The notes below the pieces were generated by a model, which had not been told where the DNA came from, made no database searches, and saw only the letters and a list, made by a program, of their open reading frames with translations. Positions 13,581 through 25,200 of a stretch of DNA of 64,000 bases are shown piece after piece. The stretch lies in contig CM039006.1 of assembly GCA_017499595.2 (NCBI GenBank), positions 310,001 through 374,000 of the forward strand, read 5' to 3'. Positions within the stretch are counted from its first letter, which is position 1. Each line of letters begins with the position of its first letter. This stretch comes from Psilocybe cubensis. Taxonomy: Eukaryota. A program made the position numbers and the translations under genes.

Positions 13581-16269
13581 TTAGCAGCCTGCAGGGACTG
13601 TGGTGTCGTCATTATGGTTAGCGGCATTAACACCGAGGCCACGGCTGGCAAAGGCGTTCCAAAGAATGCACTTGTTGGCACCTCCGAACCTGTTTACATC
13701 AGCCTGGATCCAAGCATTGCGAGCAGTCAAAACTGGTAGGCAAATGGTCAATATAAGTGCGTTGATAATCAATGATATAAATATACATACATGTTGGGTT
13801 GCAAGGCTGGAGTGGGAGGGAGTCAATGAAAAGGTGCATGAAGACGATGTTGCCTTCTGTTCCATCCGGGTTGGTGCGGGAAGTTGCTGACCATCCGTGG
13901 GCACCAACGAGGGCAGCATAGACTTGGTAGAGAAGGTTTGCCCAGACTTCACCAATATCTGAAATTTTTTGTAAGGCTATAATGTTACCTAGAAAATCTT
14001 CTGCGCAACTAACCGTGGACCTCTGTGAGCGTCTTGAGACTGGAGTAGCGAAGCGGGTTGACAGTGCTAAAAATAGATAAATTAGAAACGATACGCAATT
14101 CAACATGCACTAATTTCACTTACGCGGAGGTCGAGTATGGGTGGGAGCGAATTCCAGCTGGATCGTTAGTCACATATTGTCCCATCACGTAGTCAGGAAC
14201 TGCAGCGGAGGTCTTCTCAAGCCAGCTGAGGCGGGCATTAGGTTGATTCGGAAAATATATAATAAAAACGCGGGAACTTACTTAGCCATGGTGTCCGACC
14301 ATCCTGTAGCGATCCACCCAATTGAATACATTGAAAGCTATGAGCAAGAAAGAATCATACCTTCACCCATACCACCAGCTTCAGTGGTCTGCAAGCAGCG
14401 TCCAGTTCCTCCTCCGGTCATTCTGTTAGTAACACCGTGTGTCATCTCGTGGCTAACAATGTCATTCTCAAGAGCTCCGTCTCTCTCAGGCTACAGGGAA
14501 ATGTATAAAAATATTGACCATGACCAACTTAAAAAAGCACGTACAGAGGTAAGATCCCAAAGGAACATCCCTGTCAAAAGCAGTGAGTTGAGACGAACTC
14601 TCGGTACTCTCATCTCTCGAAATTACTTACTCATGGCACCAGATGTTCCACTAATGGATATCGTTTCAGTGAGCCTCCGAAGGTCTGAATAACAGTCAGT
14701 ACTTACTCAGCAGGGGTCGAGAAATCGGCATTGTCTGTTCCAGCTGAATCCTGGACGGAAATGGTCACTCGATCGTTACCCTTTCCACCCTTTCCGTTGT
14801 TGTTGGTCTGGAAGTTGAAAGCAGCTTCTGTAAATCCGTATCTAATAAAGTAAATGTGAGTTAAAAAAATCAATGGCTCGAAGAACGATCTTACCGGTAG
14901 GTTACGTCATGAACGGTGTTTACGACGTAGAACGCGTTTGTTCGAGCAGCATCAAGGTTGGCCTGTGTGGTTGGGGCGTTGGCGGGGTTCTGAGTGAAGA
15001 TGAAATTCTGTGGGGAGGAAGACTGTGTGGTAACGGAGCTTTGAGAGCCCTTGAAGGCCACAGCATTGTTTCCACTGAGCGCAATCAGCCAAATGGTTAA
15101 GTAATGCAAGAGACAGAAACTTACGAAGTGGTCCTGAAAGAGGATGTCAGTATTAAAAAAATAGAAAGGCATGATAAGCCAAACATACGTAGAGTTAGCT
15201 CCACCAGCGGCTGTGGCATGCCATCCAAAAGGAGAAGCCAAAGGATCAGCGGGATCAGTCAAGACAGAAAATCCCTGTGTAAGAATTTCATCCTGAATGG
15301 GAAGCACACGGTACTGCGATGAAGGAGTAGAAATGAGGAGAATGCTCATATGATGCAAAAGCATATCTGTCAACTCACGGATGCCTTGGTGACAAAGTCA
15401 ACAATCGACACAAGCTCGTTGGCATGGGCGTCAACAAAGGCTTCAACCCAAACACCAGCATCCACGTTCCTAATTTGGACGACGTGTGTAAGAACAACAC
15501 TATTATCGGGCTTGACAAAGAATTCCAAAGAGGGTGGGAAGTCGTTAAATTTCCCATTGAGTGCTTTCTCAGCAGTGGCAATGGCATCTTCGACGGTGAT
15601 TGACGGCGTCGTCGAGGCAATCGATGCTGAAAATATGTCATCAATAGTCTATCCATGTTGAAAAATCTTGATCGACGAACTTGGTTTAACAAATGATGAC
15701 CCAACAGAGACAACCTGGTTGGCATGTTCAGTCGATCTCATAACTCAGAAGGAGGTAAAACAAGTTCAGGCTACCTTGTTGTCATTATTGAAAGCAACAT
15801 TTGCAACAGCGTTTGCGAAAGGAATCCCAGCCTGATAATATCTTCAGCTCTATTTTCAGAACTCTGAAGCAATTTTTCTTACATGTGTCTGCTTCAAGAA
15901 GGCATGGTGGGCAACGTCACCTGAGAATCCGGAGTGGAATTCAACAGTGCTTGGGTCCACCGATAGATGAGATCCAATAAAGGCTTTGGCAGAATCTTGA
16001 AGGTTGAATGCAGCACGCTTGGATAGAGGATGGTCTATGCCAGTCCCAAATGTCTGTATACTGGATGAGTTTGCTTAAAATTTAAAATGCTTGATACATG
16101 CCTCAAAGGTACTGGGTGGGTTGAAGACCTCCAGTTGAACATTGTTGGCCAATTCGCGCACTCTGTGGGTTGTGTGCTTCAGGCTAGAGAAAGATGGAAC
16201 AGCCCAAGAGCTGGATGCATAGGTTACAGCCAAGAAGACGGAGACGAAGAATTTGTTGAAGGACACCAT
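13581..16269 (-). CDS. Extracellular metalloproteinase, fungalysin family M36
   Basis: Signal [33 protein letters not shown] prodomain; [19 protein letters not shown]; zinc motif [16 protein letters not shown] followed by [20 protein letters not shown]-terminal [13 protein letters not shown]...VPAGC*. Confidence 0.93.
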
Positions 16270-18775
16270 TGTAATGAGCACGACTCGGACTTGGAAAGTC
16301 TTCAACTCTGGTTGGGTGACAACTATTGGAGGCTCGTTTTATACTTTTCATTATGTGCTGCCCGGGATCCTTGCTGAACCGATATAGCCTTTGATTACAA
16401 GTAAAAAGGACATAGCTTCATGCCAGCGACACAGTAGCGTATGGTCAATGATAAGAAAGAAGGCAGTTGAACCGTCGGGATGATACTCTGTTTCAGGATG
16501 GATGCTGTCAATATCCATTAGAGCACACTGTATCAACTCAAACGAGATACGCTGCCTCACGGCTTATTGAGTCGGAACGGCTTTCTGTGGGTGTTAGTTA
16601 ACACTACACGAGGTTATCATGTTTGAAGATCGTACCTTTCCCAGCAGCACAAGCATCATCCCATGTGGCCAAAAGAAGTCGCCAGATAACAAGAGCACGA
16701 GTAAATGCAACGCTAGCAAAGCAATATCATGATGCATCCTCGATTAGATATTTTTATACTATTTTCCCTATGCCCTCCGGACCACAATACGGTTATAGGA
16801 GGCTTCTTCGTTCCAATTTTGAGACTAACGGGGCCATTCCCCAGGAGATTGACCATGTGCCTGCGATCTGAGAATGAGAATTCAGTGGATTAGGTTAGTG
16901 TGGTCAAGGTTTAAATTAGTATAGGATAGAGTAAGTTGTGAAAACAAAGTTCCGGTTCTGTCCGAGATCTTTGAGGCTCCGATGATGGTCAACCTTCAGT
17001 ATTGGTTTCAATATAATGTCAGATACAATTTACAATTTCAGTCATAGCACAATGAATATCTGAATCCAAAGGAGGTGAGTTAAAATATGATTGCAATGCG
17101 ATCAAAAAGAGAAATTTGTATAGCATATGGTTTTCGGCGTCCTGCTACGTTTTTATTAGACCATCTCTGATAGATACCTTCGTGACAATCACTGCGCTGC
17201 CACAGGCGACTGCACCGCAACAGCTCAGCGTGCCAACTTTGAGCTACCATGTCTTCCGCTGACCATACCTCTAGTCACAAGTTTTCCTAGTTGAGCATCT
17301 GGCTGGGATTCAGATCAAATCCAAGTAGTGCTAGACGTGCAGCCTTATGGACATACTTTTGAACGGCAAAGAATTGCCACAAATACGCAAGGGGCGCAGG
17401 AGTTCCGCCTAAGACTTCAATATGTATCATCAGTTTTGTCTCGAGGATATGACTTCTAAAGGTTTGAGAAGCTTGCAATTCGTTATCATCAAGTTATCCA
17501 CACACCTTCATGAGGATTGTTTCAAAAATAGAATCTTGGGTCTATATTTAGGAGGCGAAGATCTTGGCGACTTGGCACTGTGCGGGGTATGCGAGGGCAT
17601 CTCGTTTACTGGGAGAAAAGTGCGCGAACTATCCGGCAGAGTGTCCACCGGATAGTATTCCAGACTCTGGGGCATCCGAAACTTTTCCAAGACGAATAAA
17701 TTGACATTTGGGTGACTGCGCTCACTGCTCTGTGGCCGTGCTCGTCATGGCGCACATGAGATTGGTCGTGACGTTGGTAAGTCAACCTTTTATGTTGATT
17801 TAAAAAAAATGAAATCATGTTCTTGCTAGGAAAATCCCAGAGTGACAATAAAAAAGTTCTGTAGTTGGATTGTTGTAGCCATTTGACATGTCTTTATACT
17901 TGCATCACGCTTGTTAAGTTACACTGTACCATGACAATGTCCCATGAATTTCTGACGTCAAACGGGTCACAGATGGGCACTAATACCTACGATTAACCCA
18001 GAGTCCGCCGAACGGTCTGCCAGAGAGTCCGGGAACAATCTCATAAACGAGATGTTCTGGCATCTGAGAGGCCTGTATCGCTTCGCACTTGGTAATGAAT
18101 TGATAACGGTAACGTGTAATATTTTTCAAGCCGGAACACCATGCTAAGGATTTTGGGCTTTTGTACCACCGTAGATGTCCGCATGCAGTTACAGTGAGAT
18201 TCCATATACACGTAAAGCAATCGTACAACCCATCATTGGTCCAGATGTTAAAAGAGGTGCACTATGCCTCCCGCGAAGTATTTCACGCTCTGACCACGAG
18301 ACGATGGACAGCGAGGCACATGTCTATGAATAGTGAGCATACATCAGAATAAACGCGGGGTCGAACAGAAAGCCGCAAATTGCGCGTTCTTTGATCCTCT
18401 TGATTCAGACAGCAGCATCGTATTGGAAGATTTTGGGATTTGGTAGGGTGATCGAGTCCGAGTAGGTCTTGAGGAGCTTATCGAAATGCATCGGGACATG
18501 TCAAATGAAGCATGTGTATGCTGTTCGGGTAGGCATTGCAAAGAAAGAAAGTCCTATAAATAACTGTCGAGCACAAGACTCGGATTACCCATAATGACGA
18601 CGGAAATCATAAGCCAGCGATGTTGCGCAGTCGAACATGTGGAGAGAATACAATCAATATCTTCCAGTAAGGTCCTATAAATATATAGCTTAACGTATAC
18701 AAGAATAAGTGGGTGACCAGGGTATAAAAAATGTAAGGTGACGAGACGACGAGTGCTTGAAAAAATTTGCTGTTG

Positions 18776-21133
18776 TTACCGAGAAAAAAGGTTTCGGAGC
18801 TGCGCTTCTACATCCTCTGTCGATCTTTTGATATCTGTAGGGGAACGGAGAAATCTAAGTCATCCGCGCAGAGTCAACAACTAAGCGTACGTACATTTCT
18901 GAGGATCTGAGACAAACAGAAAGAACATCAACAATCAGTAAGAAAAGAGGCGAGATATCATGAATGTCACTTACTTTTACTAAACTCCTTGTCCTTCTGC
19001 TTCTGCGTGAACCTCTGGAACGATGGCACGACAAGCATGATAACCTCATCACCAATCTCGGCTCTAGCCTGCGGATCCTCCTCCAACACCCCGGCAAATT
19101 TGTGTCTCTCCAACAGCTCGTCAAAAAGATCAAAGAATCGCGTGAACTTCTCCTTTGCCACGCCCTTGTTCGACTTGTCCTTGGGATCGTCAGTGAGGGT
19201 TTGCATGAGCGGCGAGAAGTTGAGGTCAAAGTAGCCTGCTTTCGCTGTACGGAACGCAGAGTTCAACGCCTCGGTTGTCGATGGCGAGAGCAGACTGATG
19301 ACACTAGCATCTTTGGGTTGAAGCAGAAGGTGTTGCCGGAGGTATGAGATGTTATTAAGCAGGAATACAGAGCTGAAAGGCGGACGCCGAGCTCCACGCG
19401 AAACGGTGTTCAAGCTGCTGATGGCCGTGGTGACAATATCATCTGGTCGTGGATATGAGGATGTGTGCTCGAAAGCGATTAAATGGAGACATACGAATAA
19501 AGTGCTCCACAATTGTCCCGTCGTCGTCTTTACTACCCTTGCCCACTTGAACACCCTCGCCCATCTTCCAATTCCCGTCACCTAGAGCATACAGTGCCGA
19601 TTCAACTGCACTTAGAACTTGGGGAATTCTTTCGATATAAGAAATGGTCTGAAAAAAGTCAGCTGTGATTTGGGACCAAGTGTAGGATGGACTTGCCGAT
19701 GTTGTGAAGTCCATCAATTTCGTATTGGTATCTGCACCCCTTGACATGGCGCCCATCTTGATATCGGCCAAAAACTCCGGGAAGCTGCGCAAGCACAAAG
19801 CTCTCAAACTTTGCAAGCCATCCTTCAGCTCATTCTTGTCGGAAGCGGATCCGCGACGTGAAAGAACCTCTTCCCAATGTGGCTGAAGAGAGAGCAATCC
19901 CTCGTATGCCGACAGGGCGAGAAAGTTATATTTGTGCAAAGATTTCTTGACGAGGTTTATCAATTGCGTTAAAACTGAGCTGAAAAGTTTCAGGATTGGG
20001 ACCATGAGTGTGCCGAATGCCGATGACACCATTGGAGGATTCGATAGAGGGCAGAGTTCTATCAAGAGTTTGTATTCTTCCTATCCAATCGCTCAAGTCA
20101 AGTTCATGCAATTTCAATCCAACACTCACTTCTGCAGTTCCCAGCATTAACTCGACCCAGTCGCGGAACTCTCGCCCAGTTAGCAAGGGGTCAACCGTCT
20201 CCGCCCGCACGACTAAACGCTTCCCTTGACCCTCCAAACATTTGACACTCCAATTTCCCCTCATCTCCGCATAACCTTGCTGGGCTTCCTTCAAAGTTGC
20301 TAAGATCGTCTGGGCAGCAGGATGTGATGGATGTGTGGATGGTAGGGGAAGTGTCCTGAGAAACTTGACAACGGGCGATAGCGTAGGTAGCAAAGAAGAC
20401 GGAAACGATGTCATCATTAACTCTGTGCCAGGAGCGGGGGTTATCCCTGAGGAGCCTTCAGCAACGACTTTGGTGTAGAGTTGGGTTAGCTTTTGCGCTC
20501 CAGTCTGGACGAGACGTGCCTGTAAAAGAAAGAATTGAGTCAAAGGACAGAGCAGATAGATCAGACGCACCGTGTGGGCTAAATCAAGATCTGCAGCATT
20601 AAATGCGATGCTTGTATTAAGACGCTCAAGTGCTTCCTTATAAACAGCGATTTGACCAGGCTGTGGCCTATACAAATGTCAGGTTGCATTGAACTTTCTA
20701 GGGGAACTGATATACCCTCGTAGGATGAGTGATTCATCGGCAGCCAAATCTTGCTGGTTACTTGACAGGTCCTCAATTCTAGCCAGTGTCTGGTCAATAT
20801 CTAACACAAATCAATCCAAGTTCGGTACAAAGGGTTTCCAAAACGCACTGTTTCGTCTTCGATTAAGAATCTGTGTTGCTGTATACAATGGCAGGATAGA
20901 CTTTTCGAGCTTCGCCAACCGTGTATCAAAGCTGTCGAGGATAGCTAGTAAGCTAATCAGGTAAGAGTCGTGTGTCGTCAAATACCGATTTATGCATACT
21001 TGTCATTCGTTTCGATATCTGACGTGTTTTGTTTAGATTCTGCTGAAGCTACAGTAGTACAGTTCAGTAAACAACGGCAACAAGAAGAACAGTGAGACCT
21101 CACCAGTTCGATTTCTGCCGTTTCGTCGTCCAT
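18776..21133 (-). CDS. EXO70: Exocyst complex subunit Exo70
   Basis: N-terminus MDDETAEIEL..QNLNKTRQIS; C-terminal motifs VFLLNNISY, KEKFTRFFDLFDEL..RHK and FSK..QKYIK; final exon ends QLRNLFSR* (18776). Confidence 0.9.
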
Positions 21134-21460
21134 AATTATACTGATACGCTAGAGACTGGGCGGTACAACATTGAACAACGTCGATACGTCGTTCGGAGTT
21201 TATAATTTCGGCATCTCGGCAAACCTTTTTTCAAACTTTTTTCAATTTTCAACATAAGTTTCCTCCTTTTCCTTGCTTCGTTTATTGACATTTCAAATGG
21301 TTTTCAATGGTGTGTTCAGCGCTACTAAATACTAGTCGAAACTTGATTTTTTCTTGTCAATTCAAATAACAGACCCTGGTGTATACAGTAAATCTGGAGT
21401 TGGTGCTCGTCAATCCACAATCGTCAATCTGTAATCCAAATGTTCAACAATCTTGTATTT

Positions 21461-22100
21461 CTAAAGCTTTGCCAACCCCATAACTACTGTAACGCGTTCT
21501 TCCAGGTACTTGACTCCTTTTCCAAACACCCGATATTTGATATTCAACTCGTGCAACAATGCCTCAAAGATCTCCCCACATTCTTGCTGGTTTTCCAAGC
21601 TCCGGACACCATCATCGTGTATCCATTCTGATACTGGCTTCAGTAAGATGACGAGAGACGTGTCGGAGCGATATCTAGCCAAAACCTTGCGGAATTTGTC
21701 GCTGTTCAGGAGAAATTCCTTCCTTGCCCGTCTGTCGTCGGCGTCAGTAGAGGTGAGGATAGCATAAACAACAGGATCAAGCGCCGATCTGTCGAACAGA
21801 CGAACACAACATCCAAGCTCATCCAACATCTTTTCTTGCTCAAAATATGCCTCCATGATGTCCTGTTGCATTTGCAATGAACCGATGGTGTCGCGCGAGT
21901 AACCTTTGTCACGCATGACCTTGCGAGCAATTTCAGTAACATAGGCAGGCTTTTGAAGCCCTAGACGCTGGGCCAAGGCATTGCAAAGTGTCGTCTTTCC
22001 TGTAGACTGTTTGGGTGCGCGTTAGTTTTTTATGACGTGTCTTGATATCATTACACACCGAGGGGCCTACGACGTAGATGGACAGCGTTTTTTCGGGCAT
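21461..22100 (-). CDS. Small P-loop NTPase/nucleotide kinase, NadR/Ttd14-like AAA_28 family (about 195 aa, 1 intron)
   Basis: MPEKTLSIYVVGPS|STGKTTLCNAL (Walker A split by an intron at about 22008-22058), EIAR, Walker-B-region FDRSALDPVVY and lid motif DDGVRS, all typical of AAA_28 kinases. Confidence 0.82.
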
Positions 22101-22224
22101 TTCTTGAATCGTCGCGATGGGTATGGGCAAGAGCAAGAGTTTCGAGTCTCTTTTTGAAAAGTTTCTCACAGCATGCCGATTATTCTCAGACGGGCGCCTA
22201 ACTTCTTGATCACCATCGATCACC
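22101..22224. promoter_or_regulatory. Putative bidirectional promoter between the AAA_28 kinase and the RdRP-helicase gene
   Basis: Only 124 bp separates two divergent ATGs (22100 on -, 22225 on +). Confidence 0.55.
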
Positions 22225-25200
22225 ATGCCTGGCCCAATTCTCCTTCGACAAAACCCACAGCCAGACGACGAAACATGGGAGTTTACTTTCGATCCTAAAT
22301 CTCTGTCCGTCCTGCAAAGACAGGGAATCAGCTACGGAAAACTCGTCACGCTGCGTCCGAATGGAATCTTCCTCCAGATGGAGCAGTTTCCTTCGAACAG
22401 AGTTCTCAACTTGGACGAAGGAGGTCCTAGCAAATTTGTCCTCCTTTCCATCGACCGTTTGTTCAGATTCGAGGAGCAACCAATGAAAGTCGTTGTTCAA
22501 TATATCATTCGCCTATTTAAGAGGGGTTTGTGGTTGAATGGTGTTCAGTACAGGTTCTACGGGCACAGCAACAGTCAACTGGTACGCAAACACGGCTGGG
22601 TCCAATTCATTGTGCTTACATCACCGCAGAGAGGGCGATCTTGCTTTCTTCGAGAAGCAAACTCTGACAAAGAGTTGGACGACAGGATTTACCAAATGGG
22701 CGACTTTGCGCGAATTATGAACGTTGCAAAACGTTGGTTGATCTGTTTATCACCGTCTTCAATGCTCATCGTATGACGTTTAAACCAGGTGCCAAACGGA
22801 TAGGCCTCATGTTCTCGTCTGCAGACATTGACTACAGCCTTGACCCTCGACGTGTTGGCGACATTCCCGATATCACAGATGGAGATGAAGTCTTCTCTGA
22901 CGGTTGTGGGCTCATCTCAAAATGGCTCGCCGTTCAGCTCAGCAAGAGGAAGAAAATTATTTTTCGAGGAGTAAGGTACACGCCTACGGTATTTCAAATT
23001 AGGTGAGTATTCACCTTCACGTTTCGTTGATTACCCCACTTATTCCGAGACGTTTAGGTATCTGGGATACAAAGGTGTGCTGATGCTCCACCCTGACCTT
23101 GACAAAAATGGTCTGGAACACGTCGCGCAATTTCGAAAGAGCATGAAAAAGTTTACTACCACGGTCGACCACACATTTTCCGTTGTAGGACATTCCAAGC
23201 CATACTCCTTTGGTCGACTCAACAACGACATTATAGTCCTGTTATCCAGCCTTGGTGTACCTGATTCCGCTTTCCTCCAAAAGCAACAGGAATATTTTGA
23301 CTGGATCATGTCTGTTTCCGGATCCGAGGACAAGGAGCCGGATCCAGTCAGCGCAGTAGACTTTCTATGTTGTCTATCCGAATACTCGCTCGCTGAACGA
23401 CTCCTTCTCGAGGGCATTGACAGCGAGCCGGTGAAGCGTGAGATACGCAGGTTGCAGAACTCAGAGGTCGCGAGTTCCCGCCAAGAAGGCACCAACAAGT
23501 TCAAATCGAGGATAATGGTACATAAATCGCGTCGATTGTATGGAGTGTGTGACCCCTATCAAGTTTTGGAAGAAGGCCAAGTTCACATTCGTATCTCTGT
23601 TGGGAGGAGAGGAGCCACGACACCTATACACGGGGATGTAATCGTGGTGCGAAATCCTTGTCTGCATCCAGGTATGGACTGCGTCCTTACGATTATGTAT
23701 CCCCAATACTTACCATTCTATGGCAATCCAGGCGACATTCTCAAGTTGCGTGCCGTAGATCACCCCAAGCTTTCCCATCTTTTGGATTGTTTGGTGTTCG
23801 CTAGTGTGGCTCGACCAGGGCACAAGGCTGCCCCATCAATGAGTAGCGGTGGAGACCTAGATGGTGGGCCTCACATTCTAAATCATATATAACGCTTGTA
23901 CTTATTTCATATGAAATCCATAGGTGACGAATTCTTTGTTTGTTGGGACAAAGACATCATACCTACCACGATCGCAGAGGCAAGTATTCGATTAAACTCT
24001 GTAAGAATGCATCTTAATGGATCAAACCACACTCTCAGTCTTATGATTATCCCGGGAACCGCGAACTTACCAAAAAGGATATCACTCGAGCAGACCTCGG
24101 CACTCATTTTGCATCCTATACATCGTCAGTCATGATTCCATTAAACTTAAAACCGCGAGTCCCTGAATCAGCTTTCTAGGTCGGGAGTAGCAAAGGTGTC
24201 TTCCCTACATGCTAAGTGGGCTCGCAGTAGCCCCAAAGGAGCACTTTGTGTCGAATGTCAAGAACTCAATGCCCTACACTCTCAGTCCGTAGATGGAGCT
24301 AACATTAGAATTCCAGAAAAGCTCTCCACGCCGCCTCCGCCACCACCAGGGATGGTATATGTTCTCGATGTATTGGAGGAAGCCTCTGAGAAATTCGCCA
24401 CCAAATTCTCTGAAGCGACGTCCCGTAGAACGGAAATCACGACATTGACTTCCAGAGATGATGGGGAACAGCTCCTGAAACGATTGCTACAAAGCGAACA
24501 GAACTCTTTGTCCGAGTTTGAACTCTTCAATCTGGCATATAGATTATCACAGAAGCATAACATCAACATACGGCCTTATCTCTCGCAGCTCGACTTCTCA
24601 GCATTGACGACTGAGCAGAAGCATATCATCAGCTCCGTTCTATCGCTTTCTGACATCGAGTACCCAGAGCTATGGAATTCTCTAGCAAGATCAGATATTC
24701 TTACGCCACAAGATTTATATCAACGCAACTTGGGTCGACCGTTCGCAATAAGTCGTCTTTACTCGTCGCGCAACAGTGGTTTAGTGACCTTTTTTGGGTA
24801 CCTAAAAAGGGCTACTCAAGAGTATACCAGAAAACTTCTTATTATCCAGGTAGGCATATAGCAGTGGAAAATTACCTGCTTCAAGTACGGCTGCTGATTA
24901 CATATGTAGACGGACCCAAGGTTTTCCATAGGAATATTTATGCGTGGTAAAATTCCTTGGGATGAGGATCTTGAAGTAAAAGAATCGAATAAAGATGGGG
25001 ACGCAATGAATGTGGTCGTATGTTCGTTCATGCCTAAAACGGCGTCTAATATCGCCACTCTTCGCACTTGCCAGACGGGCTACAGACTTCACTGCAGTGA
25101 TTATCGTTTCCAACTTTATGAAAGGAGTATCGGGAACACGTTTGTCTATATCAACAAATCCCCAGCCGAATTGCAGGCCCAAGTATCCACGAGTATAGCA

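Noticed and set aside
16400-18700. Short ORFs between the fungalysin and EXO70 genes
   Set aside because: No recognisable protein motifs or consistent exon chain; treated as intergenic, although a small degraded gene cannot be excluded.
22225-24120. RdRP as an endogenised mycovirus polymerase
   Set aside because: It has the cellular double-psi-barrel DLDGD signature and many spliceosomal introns, not a viral GDD palm motif.
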